DNA of 64,000 nt from positions 57,538,001 through 57,602,000 of the forward strand of contig NC_087437.1 of assembly GCF_036321535.1 (NCBI RefSeq), in the 5' to 3' direction. Source of the stretch: Camelus dromedarius (taxonomy: Eukaryota). The position numbers were made by a program, and so were the translations under genes. Below the pieces are notes generated by a model. That model ran no database searches, was not told the DNA's origin, and was given only the letters and a program-made list of their open reading frames with translations. This document shows, piece after piece, positions 13,654 to 26,062 of the stretch (within the stretch, counting starts at the first letter, position 1; each line of letters starts with the position of its first letter).

Positions 13654-13882
13654 CTAATCTTAAACATCCAATTTAGCCCTCCCCTCTCCCTCTAGTAACT
13701 ACAAGGTACTACACACAGAATCGATAAATAAGACCCTACTGGACGGTATAGGAAACTATATTCAATAACTTGTAATAACATATAATGAAAAAGAATATGA
13801 AATATATATGTATAACTGAATCACTACCTCGTACACCTGAAATTAATACAACATGGTAAATCAACCGTACTTCAAAAAAAAA
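13654..13882 (+). mobile_element. LINE-1 3' end with short 5' inversion
   Basis: Sense 3'UTR from about 13706 to the poly(A); about 13654-13705 is the reverse complement of the adjoining G-rich 3'UTR segment; TSD aaaaatc(t/c)tattgtg at 13639-13653 and 13883-13897. Confidence 0.85.
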
Positions 13883-14029
13883 AAAAATCCTATTGTGTCT
13901 AATTATTAGTGCCAAATCAACGGCTAAGAAACCACAATGAATGGAATTCTCTCCATACTCAACTTGTTTAAAGATGTAACATACTTAACTAGGATTTTTC
14001 TTGCCTCAGAGATTTAATTGAGAAGTTCG

Positions 14030-15080
14030 CACAGTGGTTATCAGGGTGAATTCTGTGTATCGGACAAATCTCCACAGGTAGAACTGACATAGGTGTTGAA
14101 AGGGAACATATTCTATTATTCTTGCACACCCTTCCCCCAGATACTAGAAGATACAAACAGAGGTCCAAGGGTCAGAAATAGGATTTGGAGAAAACTAGTT
14201 ATCAGGTTTTTGCAGAGCAAGCCGTTGCTGTGCTGTGAGCCCTCTTTTCCCACCAGTCTGGAGGAAGGGTTGAGGGTGCCACCTCTCAGCAGTAGAAAGT
14301 CACAGAGGACTGGGGCCTGACTCACATCTAAGAAAGTTAGATTTTACCAAAATCTAAGCTGTGCCATAGAGAGAGACAGAGAGAGAAGAGAAGGGAAAGG
14401 ATGGGAGGGAAAGGGGAGGGGAGGGGAGGGCAGAGACGGAATCACCTTGCATAGGCTAAACTGGGGTGCAAGGATAGAGGCTTCTCATCACCAAGAGACT
14501 GGACGTGCACCACAGGGTGCCCAGGAGCTGAGGAAGGAGCTACAAAGGAACCACCTGCAGCAGAGATGCCAGTCAAGGGAACTGCAGGTGAGAGCATCCG
14601 GCAGGGAATCCTTAAAGATGTCATGAAAGCAGTCATGAAAGAAAAAGAAAGTTTTACCCAAAGACCTCAACTTTAAACACCCGCCAAGGTCCAGGGTTTA
14701 TGAAGCTGAGACAAATGAGACCCATGTTCTGTTTACAACTTCCCTCCCCTCCACAAAACACCCTGACTCTGGTGGAGCTAATACAGCAGCTGGTAGCAAG
14801 GGACAGTGAGAAAGAGACTCTACGAGGGAAGGGTTAACTGCTGATAAGTCAAGTTCAAGGTTTGGATTAATACCTTTGGGCTATATTCTAATTACTGAAC
14901 TGACACTCTTTGTGACTTAACGTGTCTGTAGGGCTGTAGAGATGTCACAGGCCTGCCCGAGGTTACAACCAGGACTAGAACAAAGCGATTCCTAACTGAA
15001 CAAAGTGGAAAGGGGGCAGTGGGAGAAAAAAATTCTCTTTTGTTTTCATCATAAGACATGTTTTTAACACACTCCTTACA
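14030..15080 (+). mobile_element. Ancient Gypsy-like LTR relic (MamGypLTR-like); 5' boundary uncertain
   Basis: The 3' part ('taattactgaactgacactctttgtgacttaa', 'gaaagggggcagtgggagaaaaaa', terminal '...ttaca') resembles MamGypLTR consensus as I recall it and shares motifs with 31230-32260. Confidence 0.55.
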
Positions 15081-17069
15081 AATAGATTACACTTTAATAA
15101 AATGAATTCTCTCCATCTATAGTAATTTTATGTAGAATCAGATGACAGAAAACTCAGTAAGTCATTTCTCCTGCAGCCTGTAGGGAAATGTGAATTATCT
15201 GTCTTTTATAGGGAAAGGGGTGTGTAAAGAAGCAAACAGTAGCGGTGGCCCTGGAAATTTTGCCTTATGGTCTGTTTTTCTGAAAAGGTGACTAGTTAAT
15301 TTTATTGTTGCCAAAGACAACAGAGATCGCCACCTTCATACTTGAAGAATTAGAAAACATATTCAGAAAATAGCTTGAAACCCCAGGCGTGCCACGGGGA
15401 ACAGAAAGAGCAGGCTCCCAAAGAGGCTCTTGAACAGTGTTGTTAAAATTCACACTCATTTGCTTAACATTAAAACCCAGCAATTAGCTAACAAACCTTG
15501 GTGACAGACTGCTATTAATTTTGTGCTGACTCCATACACGTAAATTAAACCATTACAAGTTCCCACGTGCTGCCTCTGACATTTGTTTTGTACAAGGAAG
15601 CTGGCAGTGGGAGGCATAAACTTTGCTCTTAATTCCCTTGGCAAGTGAGCTGCTGATCACTTTGTTAATTTCTTGAAAGATATTCAACAACTATTTTCTG
15701 GGGACAAAAAAAAAGTGATTAACACAATGACTTCAAATGAACAAGTCTTAAGCACTAAAAGTTATACTGTTACAAAAAGTCTTCACAATATTTAGATCTG
15801 GCTGGAGATACTTAGATAATTTTATATAACTAAAGTATATATATATTACAAAATAACATAAGATAGATGACATTTATCTTCTCAGGAATAATCAGAATCT
15901 TGTTTATTATAATTTATTAACCTCATGAAATCCTAAAGCATGTTAGGAGGACTACCATTTGCTTTTGACCATTTAGAAAACTGAAACAGAGAAATAGCTG
16001 GCTACTTTAAAATAATCAACTGGAAGAAAAGATCTTGTACTTAGAGAACCTCACCAATGAAAAATTTATAAATTCATCTAAGTGAAATTTATAAATTCTC
16101 TACAAAAATCCCATGATCTTCTTTTCACCTGTAGGTTCAAAGTGTCCCATAGAAGACTAAGTGTTCCAAACCCCCAGCCTGGAACTGCTGAAACAAACTA
16201 TCCTTTTAACCATAGTGTCCAAGGAATTGCAGGGACCTGACACATACCATGGGCACAGCAGTCTCGATTCCTCTGCATGGGTTTGAAATGCCTGTTCTGC
16301 AGTAGTTGCTCTGTCGGTATCTTTCTCCCATTCCTTCCCTGCTTTCCCACAACGAAGCTGTCCCAGGTGTGACGATGTATTAGGACTCTTTGCCTCTATT
16401 ACAGGTATCTGTCACACTGACTGCTTCAAAAGTCGCTGTTCCCAAATACTAGGTGGCAGATATCTGTTACCAGCCATTCATTCCACTGACACTTTTCAAG
16501 GGTTTTTAGTCAAGCACTGTTCTAGGGACTTTACACACACTCATCCACAAAATAGATAAAAATTCCTAAGTACACACATACATCCTTTACAGAAAAGAGC
16601 GGTGGTTGCGGGGGAGCGGGGGGGAGCAAAAGAACCCTTTAGGCTTCAAGAAATTCTGAAACCAGAAAAGTGTCTCCAACAAAAAGGCATAACATCTCAA
16701 AATCAAACAAAAAGTTAAACATTTTACTTCTTTTATAATGCTTTGCTCTATGAATTAGTTATAAGCATCAGCCCTTTACTCCCTTTGACCTACTTAGGCA
16801 TTGGATTTTAATTTTTCTACACTGTACATTCCCTGCAAACCTGGCAAAAGAGGGAGCATGTACTAGGTGTTCACTCAGTGTAGGACTGAAATAAGCAGTA
16901 TGACAGTAAGATCATTCTGAGCATCTAATGAAGCTAAAGTTAATTATTTCACAGACAGTGGTTTGGTTAAGGCATTCATTGATAAAAGTTTCCTAACAAA
17001 AGCAAGCCTTAATTCAGACCTTCCTTATTGAAAACGTGATCCTTAAATCAGCAGTGTTAGCCCCATCAA

Positions 17070-17380
17070 TGTCCCATCCCAGACTTGCAGAAGGCTCAGA
17101 GTCTGCATTTTTACCAAATCCCCAAGTGGCTTAGATGCACATTAAAATTTGAGAAGTGTTAATTTTTACCACTGGTTTTTAACCAAAACTACAGGTTAAA
17201 ATCATCTGGTGTTGTTTTTAAAAAAAATAAGAAAAAAAAGAGGGGAAAAAAGAAAAAAGAAAACCTATGTCTGGACTACACTTCAAACCAATTAAATATG
17301 CCTATGAGTCCAGGGATGGCCTTTCTTTTTGCTTATAACTCTCTGTGCGATTCTCAGGTAGAGCTAAGTTAAAAAGCACT
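17070..17380. mobile_element. Two adjacent MER5-like hAT-Charlie MITE relics
   Basis: 'gtctgcatttttaccaaatccccaagtggcttagatgcacattaaaatttgagaagtg' (MER5A-like end) followed by a second degenerate copy ending 'agttaaaaagcactg'. Confidence 0.6.
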
Positions 17381-18269
17381 GATTTTAAAAAAACAATATT
17401 TTGGCTCTTTCATGGAATTCTCTGAATTGAAGTAAAAGAAACTGAGTTTTAAAATTCAAATCAGAGGAAATAAACTTCTACTATATGAAAATTTAAATAA
17501 GATCTTACTCAACAGTCTATTGATTTTTAGGGTCAAATGGAGAAGCATATTAGTCAAAAGATGTCCTCTGGTACTCAGATGCCATCTAACAGAGCATCCT
17601 ATTCCTATTCTTCTTTGATACGAAATCGTCTTAAGTGATAAGCATCAATATGCACAGTGCAAACAAGCTTTAGAGCACAGCTCTGCCCAATTACAGCACA
17701 CTCTCTTCACTGAGGCTAGAGAGGAGCTAACTCTGCGTTATATTTCATTCTTTAAAGACTAAAGCACTGTTTTCCCTTGGGGGAAAATCAAAGGAATCAA
17801 TCCTTCCATCATGCAAACTAGTATTTCACTTTGAGTTAGGCTTTTGCTAAGAATTTGGCATAAGATACTCAGGTTTGTTTTCATAAATCACCATAACTAC
17901 ATAGCATAATCAGAAATCTGAAGAAAGAATAAATGTTCTTCCAGCACACAGTAACTAAACTGATCTCATATTTTGTGTTAATTCACCCCATCAACAAACT
18001 GTCATTCAAGAAGGACGTCTTTTCTTAAAAGCCACAGAATACAACTGGCTGGGCACATCACATTTTTTGACAAGTGCTGGCAGAACAGAGAGAGGAAATG
18101 ATTTGTTTACATTGAGTGTGAAATCCAAAAGGGACTAAAAGGAAAAACTTGGGTTTGCAATAAACACAGCAGGGAACTAGGGTGCTTGAATTCTATTTTT
18201 AATTCTATAATAGATAAAAAGAAAAAGAAAAATTCCAAAGAGTGTAATTAAAACAATTTAAATGACTTA

Positions 18270-18380
18270 GTATCTCAATTAATCCATGCAACAACCCAAA
18301 GAAGTGGCTCTTATTATTTTACTTTCCAGAGGAAAAATATGATGCAAAGAGAGGACAGATAAATTGCCGAGGCCACTCTT
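18270..18380 (-). mobile_element. MIR fragment
   Basis: 'tctcaattaatccatgcaacaaccc...attattttactttccagaggaaaaatatga' matches the reverse-complement MIR core. Confidence 0.6.
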
Positions 18381-18908
18381 CACACTGCATTAAGTGGGAT
18401 CTTCATAATCATTACACTCTTAGAGCCTTTGAAATCAGAAAAACCTGTATGAAAAGCTCCAATATACTTGTGTTTATCAAGACCCTACTTTTAGACCAAT
18501 GAGGATGGAATTCCAGAAGACCAACCTGAGGATCTTACAGCAAAATGTCTAACGAAACTTAAAATGTCCCTAGCATCCACTTTCTGATGCCAACAGCTTT
18601 GTCTTTGTCTCTATAAGAGTACTGATCGGCTTCACAAATACTCAAGCGTACTCGATCTTGCTAAGTATATCGATGTACATTGGGTTATTTCATCAATGCT
18701 TTCTAGGAGTGTCATCAGCTTTACATAATGTGCTCCCTCTATATAGGTCAACCTTCAGTACTTTTTTTTTCTTATTTTTGTAATCAAAAGGAGACCACTG
18801 AGGATAACTCAATAGTCCTTAAAGGAAATGACACCAAAAAGCTCTTGCTCTTTAAAAATGGACAAAGTGACTTAAAGTATAACATATCTTTGCTCACTTC
18901 AAGAGCAG

Positions 18909-19610
18909 CCACTGTGGAAAACAGTATGGAGATTCCTCAAAAGACTAGGAATAGACTTACCATATGACCCAGGAATCCCACTCCTGGGCATATATCCAGA
19001 AGGAACCCTACTTCAAAAAGACACCTGCACCCCAATGTTCACAGAAACACTATTTACAATAGCCAAGACATGGAAACAGCCTAAATGTCCATCAACAGAT
19101 GACTGGATAAAGAAGATGTGATATATTTATACCATGGAATACTATTCCGCCATAAAAAATGACAACATAATGCCATTTGCAGCAACATGGATATCCCTGG
19201 AGAATGTCATTCTAAGTGAAGTAAGCTAGAAAGAGAAAGAAAAATACCATATGAGATCACTCATATGTGGAATCTAAAAAAAAAAAAAAAAACATAAAGA
19301 CAAAACAGAAACAGATTCACAGACATAGAATACAAACTTGTGGTTGCCAAAGGGGTGGCAGGTGGGAAGGGACAGACTGGGATTTCAAAATTTGTAGATA
19401 CTGACAGGCATATGCAGAATAGATAAACAAGATTATGCTGTATAGCACAGGGAAATATATACAAGATCTTGTGGTAGCTCACAGCGAAAAAATGTGACAA
19501 TGAATATATGTATGTTCATGTATAACTGAAAAATTGTGTTCTACACTGGAATTTGACACAACATTGTAAAATGACTATAACTCAATAAAACAATGTTAAA
19601 AAAAAAAAAA
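18909..19610 (+). mobile_element. Young LINE-1 3' end (ORF2 C-terminus, 3'UTR, poly(A))
   Basis: From 18906 translates as [33 protein letters not shown]...TIAKTWKQPKCPSTDDWIKKM*YIYTMEYYSAIK...ILSEVS*KEKEKYHMRSLICGI*, the L1 ORF2p C-terminus with two internal stops; AATAAA and an A tail follow; TSD aagagcag at 18901-18908 and 19611-19618. Confidence 0.95.
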
Positions 19611-19936
19611 AAGAGCAGGCCTGGATATATTTCATCGTTCAATAACAGAATCAAAGCCTTGCCTCAGCTGATTTTCTGACCTGTTATTTTTCAACAGATG
19701 CATCTGTATAAAGTGTAGTAGTGTCTAAAATTGCATGCCTCAGTGCTGGAGTACAGGGCCACTGGCCACTGGAGTGGCGCAGTCAATTGCCGGCAGTGCC
19801 ATTCATAGAGACTAGGGGTCAAATGGAGGACCCAGGAGTTGTGGGATGCAGTACTCTTGGGCCAGGAGTACCATATCTCTTCTTCCATTACTTATTTTTC
19901 ATGATAAATATTTATTAAGCACCTGTTCTGTGCCAT

Positions 19937-20269
19937 CAGGGGTCAGCAAACTATGTCCCGCAGGACAAATTCAACCCACCACCTGATTCTATAGAGCCAT
20001 GAGCAAAGAATGGTTTTTACATTTTTAAATGGTTGAACATAATCAAAAGAAAAATAATACTTCCTGAAATGTGAAAATTATGTAAAATTCCATTGTCAGT
20101 GTCCATCAATAGTATTACTGAAACACAGTTATGCCCATTTATTATATATGGTCTGTGGTTGCTCTGGAGTTATAGTGGCAGAGGTGAGGAATCGTGACAG
20201 AGACTGTAAATGCGAACAGTCTAAGATATTTACCATCTGGCCCTTTAAGAAAAAGTCTGCCAATCACTG
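19937..20269 (+). mobile_element. MER58B-like hAT-Charlie non-autonomous DNA transposon, full length
   Basis: Terminal inverted repeats 'caggggtcagcaaact' and 'agtctgccaatcactg', with internal 'aatggtttttacatttttaaatggttg' and 'atatttaccatctggccctttaagaaaaag'; sits within an L2-like 3' end. Confidence 0.85.
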
Positions 20270-20529
20270 TGCTAGGCATGACGATGAGGAAGGGAGATGT
20301 GGTCTTTCAGCTTAGCAAATATTGCAGTGGTTCTGCTGCCTGCACTCTCTTTTGGCCAGAAAACAAAATGAACCTCGACAGGCTTCCATTTCTTTCTCTG
20401 TATTGGGGGGATAAGAAAAGAACTTGGCTCAGAGGAAAAAACGTCACTTAGCACAGTGTCTTGCACCTGGAAAGCACTCACTCAGTGAATCAATGTTCCT
20501 CTCAGGTTGGAAGTCCTAGCACCCTTTCG

Positions 20530-20795
20530 CCTTCTCTAGCTACCAAAATCCCATCTGTCCTTCCTTGGCGTGTAACCTTCTATGACCTCTCAATTTAAAT
20601 TGTTCCCTCTTTGTTCCTAGAGCATTCTGTTTACTAGTCTGTTATAGCATGATCTCCAATATTGCCTGTACTTGGGTTATTTATAAATCCCTCCTTAAAA
20701 GCAGGGATGATGTCTTATTAATTTTGTAACCCCATACTATCAAGCATAGGTAAGTAATTATGTAGAGAAGACAGCCAATCAGTATTTGCTGAACA
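20530..20795 (+). mobile_element. L2 LINE 3' relic
   Basis: Degenerate L2 3' end 'ctccttaaaagcagggatgatgtcttattaattttgtaacccc...cagtatttgctgaa'. Confidence 0.5.
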
Positions 20796-21249
20796 GGTAA
20801 AAAACTGAACGATTGCACAAGTGGACAACCATGTGGAGGTGTTCAAATAGGTTTACTGCCCTTCTCAATAACACACAACCTACAAGCCGGGCATCTCAGA
20901 ACTTAGAGAAAGGCTGTTGGCAACCAACGTGAAGTATCAGACTCTGTCAAGTATGTAATCTTGCTACATGTTCCTTGCGAAGACATAAATTCAACTCTAG
21001 GTCTCACTGTCTACATTATAAAATGTCAGGACAAAGGCAATTGTCAGAGTTAATGCAGGCATTACGGGGAAAAAAAGTAAAATTAATACGTCAATTATAA
21101 ACTTGGAATGCATTCCATTTTTCCCCCTGCTGCATACAATCAACCTTATTCTATCCTATATTACAAACTTAAATGTTTTATTAACTGCCCTTCTTAAAAG
21201 TCAATTTGCTCTATTTTTAAATACCACTCACAAGCACACATACATATGG

Positions 21250-21277
21250 ACACACATGCACACACACACACACACAC
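21250..21277. repeat. (CA)n microsatellite
   Basis: Directly visible. Confidence 0.9.
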
Positions 21278-21934
21278 CGCATTTTACAGCTAATAAAAGG
21301 GAAAAGAAACTCTGGGGAAAAGCGACAAATGTGAATTATATGTCAATAAAGCTGTCATTAAAATTAAAAGCAATAAAACCTGATTATAAAAGAGAACCAA
21401 ATCTCTTCTCATTGGTTATTTGCTTCAAGAGACCAATGCCTTGATGAGTCAGACCTATGTATCATGCTTATTTAAATTTTTCCTGCCTGTAGGTTTTGAT
21501 TATATGAAACCTGAAAGATAGCTTTCTAAACAATGACAACAGATTTCCCAGCAATGCAAAGAACAGATGTCACCAAAATGCAAAGCAGATTTCATTGAGC
21601 CTTGGTCCTCGAAGTGGTGACTTCGTCTGAGAGGGCATCGCAGGTTACCCTGCTGATAAATGCACCTCAGATAGCTAAGTGTGACTAACTTGCTGCATGG
21701 TAGCCACAGGAAGAACCCCAAAACATCATCACAAAGACCTGAGCCTGTTTTATGCCAAACACAAGGTGCAAGGTGGAGCTGAAGCCCGAGTGTAAAATTC
21801 CTATGCATTATGCTCCTCAATGACCATAAATTAGAGGCTTTTAAATGTTCATTTCCACTGAGAGTTTCCAACAGTGTATTTAGAAGATTCACATTAGGAG
21901 GAGTCAACAAAACTCTGAAACTATACGCAACAGA

Positions 21935-22040
21935 CTCTCTCTCTCCCTCTCTCCGTCTCTATAATCTATTCATCTATCATCCCTTTAGCTATCTACCTAC
22001 CCACCTATCTATCTTTAAATTACCATCCATCCTTCTCTTT
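21935..22040. repeat. (TC)n and degenerate (TCTA/CCAT)n low-complexity tract
   Basis: Directly visible. Confidence 0.7.
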
Positions 22041-23100
22041 TCCTATAACATATCAATGGAGAATGGAGATGGTATAGTAGCAAATTTAGCTTCATGACAT
22101 TTAAGAATATTTGATAAAAACCACAGATATCCCCCCTCCCCAGAAATGCTCACTTGCATATATATAATCTTGCTGTAAAATTTCAGGAGGTTATGTATCA
22201 ATCTAAACCCATTCATTGACTCCAAGTTAAAAAAGCTTTACAAGACTATTATTAATTGTAAAATATAATGTTTATACTACTTAAACTCATTAACATACCA
22301 TTACAGATAATCTTACGCAAAAAAAAATCACCAATTTCCCCCAGTGCCTCTTTAATATGTTTAATATAAATCACACGTTTCTTTTTCCACAATATAGAAT
22401 ATATTCCGCAGCTGCCTCCAGTTGTAAATATTCTTCCTTCTCTCATTTCTACGCCTCCAAGGGATGGGTAGCTGTAGGTTTTCAGATAAAAGCTTTTATT
22501 TTAAAACATGAATACAGAACCCAACACAATACTATTAAAGCTCAGAAGTTCTTCCAAACATTTGACTTAATTTTCCCATGCCAGTTACATCTATCATCTT
22601 TGCTGTTTTTGCATGATGAACAGATTACCCAGTCTACATTCTCTGACCTACATATTAGCACATCCTGCTGCTTTCAATTTTCCATGAAAGCCTCATTCTT
22701 CGAGCATCTACTCTCCCCCTATCTGCGGCTGTCTGGCGGCTTTTATCCAACACTAAACCTAACATCAGACTTCTGGGAGTGGGTTTTCGAATGGAATAAG
22801 TGGCTATATGGGATGGAGATCTTCTCTCTTTTTTAATACTTGAAAGATGTATTTTAATAAAGTTTGAACTTGGTACTCAAATGTGACACGTTACTAATAT
22901 TACTAAAATATCACTGTCATTTTAAAATAGTAAAACCACATGTTAGAACATTACAGGAATTTTAAAAAATGTGTCTCTTCCAAATTTCAACAGTGTCTAC
23001 TAATTTTATTTCTGTATATTCTCTTCCAGTTTTTTCCATGCACTCAGAGTGTCACTAGGTGTAATCAATGTGGATACACCCATTTGTTTGCTGATCTTAT

Positions 23101-23665
23101 CTTTTAAATTGGCATACAGCTGATTTATAGTACTGTGTATAGCAAAGTGATTCAGTTCTATATATATTTTTTTCAGATTCTTTTCCATTATAGAGTATTA
23201 TAAGATATTGAATATAGTTCCCTGTGCTATACAGTTAAATCCTTGTTTATGTATTCTGTATACAGAGTGTGTATCTTTTAATTCTGTACCTACAATTTAT
23301 CCCTTCCCCATCCCTTCCCCTTTGGTAACCATAAGTTTGTTTTCTACACCAGTGAGTCTGCTTCTGTTTTGAAAAGACCAAAACTCTAATTCAAAAAGAT
23401 ACATGCATTCCAATGTTCATAGCAACACTATTTACAATAGCCAAGACATGGAAGCAACCTAAGTGTTCATCGACAGATGACTGGATAAAGGGGACATGGT
23501 ATATATATACAATGGAATATTACTCAGCCATAAAAATGAAATATTACTATTTGCAGCAACAAGGATGGACCTAGATGATGCATGCTAAGGGAAGTAAGTC
23601 AGAGCAAGACAAATATTTTATAATATCACTTACCTGTGGAATCTAAAAAATAATACAGATGAATC
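23101..23665 (-). mobile_element. LINE-1 3' end with 5' inversion (twin priming)
   Basis: 23101-23370 is an antisense 3'UTR; 23371-23665 is the ORF2 end on the opposite strand; 16-bp TSD tgtttgc(t/c)gatcttat at 23085-23100 and 23666-23681. Confidence 0.92.
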
Positions 23666-23685
23666 TGTTTGCCGATCTTATATAA

Positions 23686-23900
23686 AGTAGTGGTTAAATA
23701 TGCTCTCTAGAGACAGATTATCTGGCTTTGAATCCCAGACCCAGCAGTCATGAGCTTTTAGCAAACTTCCTCAGTTTTCCCATGTGTACATTGGGGATAA
23801 TAATAGTATCTATCTCATAGACTTACTGTTAAGATGAATAAATATATAATGCTTAAACAGTGCTTGGCATTTGGGAAGGGACTGATAAATTTTAGCTATA
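23686..23900 (+). mobile_element. MIR SINE
   Basis: 'tagtggttaaata...ggctttgaatcccag...cctcagttttcccatgtgtacattggggataataatagtatctatctcatag...cagtgcttggca'. Confidence 0.85.
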
Positions 23901-23974
23901 CTTACTATGATTAGTTATTCATCTCTCCCACGTAATATTAGACAGGAAACAATTTTCTACAGTTACTTGGTCTA

Positions 23975-24200
23975 CCTAAAACATTTAATGGCTACAGAGT
24001 ATTTCTTTACCCCTGAATATCTGAATTTATTTAATAATTTCTGTACCATTGGATATTTAAATTGTTTCCATCTTTCACGATTATAGCATATACGGCAAAG
24101 AGTATCTTCAGGTATACAGCTTTACTTTTCTTGTCTGAAACTATTTTATTAAAATCAATTTCTATGAGTTGAATAGATGGGTCAAAGGGTTTGAGCATCG
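23975..24200 (-). mobile_element. Ancient L1ME-like fragment
   Basis: 'tttaatggctacagagtattt...attggatatttaaattgtttcca...gggtcaaagggtttgagcat' resembles the antisense ORF2 end of old L1. Confidence 0.55.
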
Positions 24201-26062
24201 TTACTGAGTCCTATGTGGTGAACAGAAATAGCATTCTTTCAGGTTAGTGGCTGGTTGTTTGATCCATGCAGGTAGAACATGAACTATTGGTCACCCTGCA
24301 GCATTACTAAAAGAGAGTAACTTTCACGGAGTTACAATTCCAGTTCTGTGCTCCGTACTGTCTCAAGGTCAATGGAGTCAAGACCTGGTGTTCAGCAGAA
24401 AGCTCTCACATGTAAAATTCAAGGCCCTTCTGCTCTGATGATCACAGAGCTCTTTCTTACAGAAAGCAAGCTTTTCCTGATGGTCTTGGAACAATTTCCC
24501 ATAGCTCATTGAAAAGGGAAAGCATTTTTCTTCCCTCCAAGGAGCCTCAGGCTGCATGTAATATGGCACTTAATTTCCTACATCTAAGTTGGCAACTGTT
24601 AAATAAATTCATGAGCAAAGAACTGGACTTCTCATGAAATTCTCTGCTCAAGCTATCTAATGATACCAACATTTAATAAAATTCCCTTTTTCCTTTCTAT
24701 CATTTGACAAAGCCAGCTAATGAAAAAACCCTCAATCTAAATTATTTTGAAGCATAGCAGGACTCATGAAGGGTACTGGGAGAGAAAGAAAGTGCATGCA
24801 TTACAGGAGTCGACGGACAAATTCTGGAGGAGTCAAATCCAAAAAGCTCACAAGAATCAATACACCTTACATTTCACATACCCTTCATACTTTCAGCAAA
24901 GATAAATTAAAATGATAAATATGTTTCTATAAAACCTGTGTATCCTTCCAGATTATAGAGAGGACAATGCCAGGATGAAAATTTAAAAACAAGAAAACTA
25001 CTGAATTCAGCAGAAAGAATAACAGGGAGATACAATTGGTGTTGACATGATGGTAGAATTCCACTCAACACACGTCAAATTTAATTTGAATTGAATTGAT
25101 GAATAGGTTTTTCTGAGTTTCTCAGCTGGATTACTGGCAGGGTACCTCATTCCATGCTATGGAGATGGTTCTTTAGAAAACTGGACCATGATCAATCAAT
25201 TAGACATTGCCATAAATGTCTCTCCAAGTGTCATCTAAAAGTTATTAACTTTGGGCACAAAACATGATGGCTATGTTATGAGTAAGAGGTCTCTGCACCT
25301 TTCTGGAACACCAAAGAAGAATGAGCCTCATGTTCAAAACTGCAGGGCCTTCCTCATTTCAATGTATTAGCTGGCATCCAAAAGATCGCTGGCTTTTTAT
25401 GAGTTTAGAGGTTCAAATTCTCTTCCAGTTTTTCACACAGAATTCTGTATCATTCACTCATGAAACATTTCCTGAACCTATATCAATACCTGCATAGTTC
25501 AATGCTATAATCACTTTATCAACCAGATATATTGTGACTAATTCTCAGCCCATATGCTGGAGTTACAGTAGCAGGGCTGGGAAAGCCTGATTTGGCCCTG
25601 AGGTGTTGAATTAAAATTTCCATCAGAGTATCCCACCCATATTTGAAATTCAACCTCTAAAACCTGACCTGCCCCTCCCCACCCGCCTCCCTGCCGCAGG
25701 TTTCCCTATCACCATCCTCTGTCTTCCCTCTCTCTGCTAACGGCGCCTTCCAACATCGACCTTGTTTACTCCGAACTTTTCCCTCAGGTATCCACTCCGA
25801 GTTTGCCACACTGGGCCAGTCATCCCAACCCCCATCCTAAATTAGATCAATCCACATTCATGTATCAGGTTTTGAATGCTCTAGAAACAAACATGAAAGT
25901 AATTTAATGCAGGCGTCAGAAAGCCTTTCAATGTGTCCAGAGGAAGAGACACAGAAGTCAGGGACGTCAGTTTGAGGGACTGTGGAAAGAACTCCCCAAG
26001 GAGTCCGTTTTCCAGGCTGTGAACTACTACTCGGTTTACTGAGACCCCATCAACTGGCTTTT

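Noticed and set aside
18728..18967. ORF ending [20 protein letters not shown]
   Set aside because: This is an off-frame read-through into the L1 ORF2 remnant, not a gene.
19758..19785. CTCF-like site tggccactggagtggcgc
   Set aside because: An extra base breaks the spacing of the CTCF core.
21500..21910. 136-aa minus-strand ORF
   Set aside because: No recognisable homology; length is within chance expectation for 64 kb read in six frames.
22357..22836. Longest ORF in the track (159 aa)
   Set aside because: F/L/S/I-rich composition typical of AT-rich non-coding DNA, no recognisable domain, no supporting splice or promoter context.
24378..24569. TRIM B-box-like peptide (LFQDHQEKLAFCKKELCDH) on the minus strand
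   Set aside because: The first Cys is missing, later Cys/His spacing does not fit a B-box, and there is no adjacent RING or coiled-coil remnant; probably chance. An HMMER search with the zf-B_box model would settle it.
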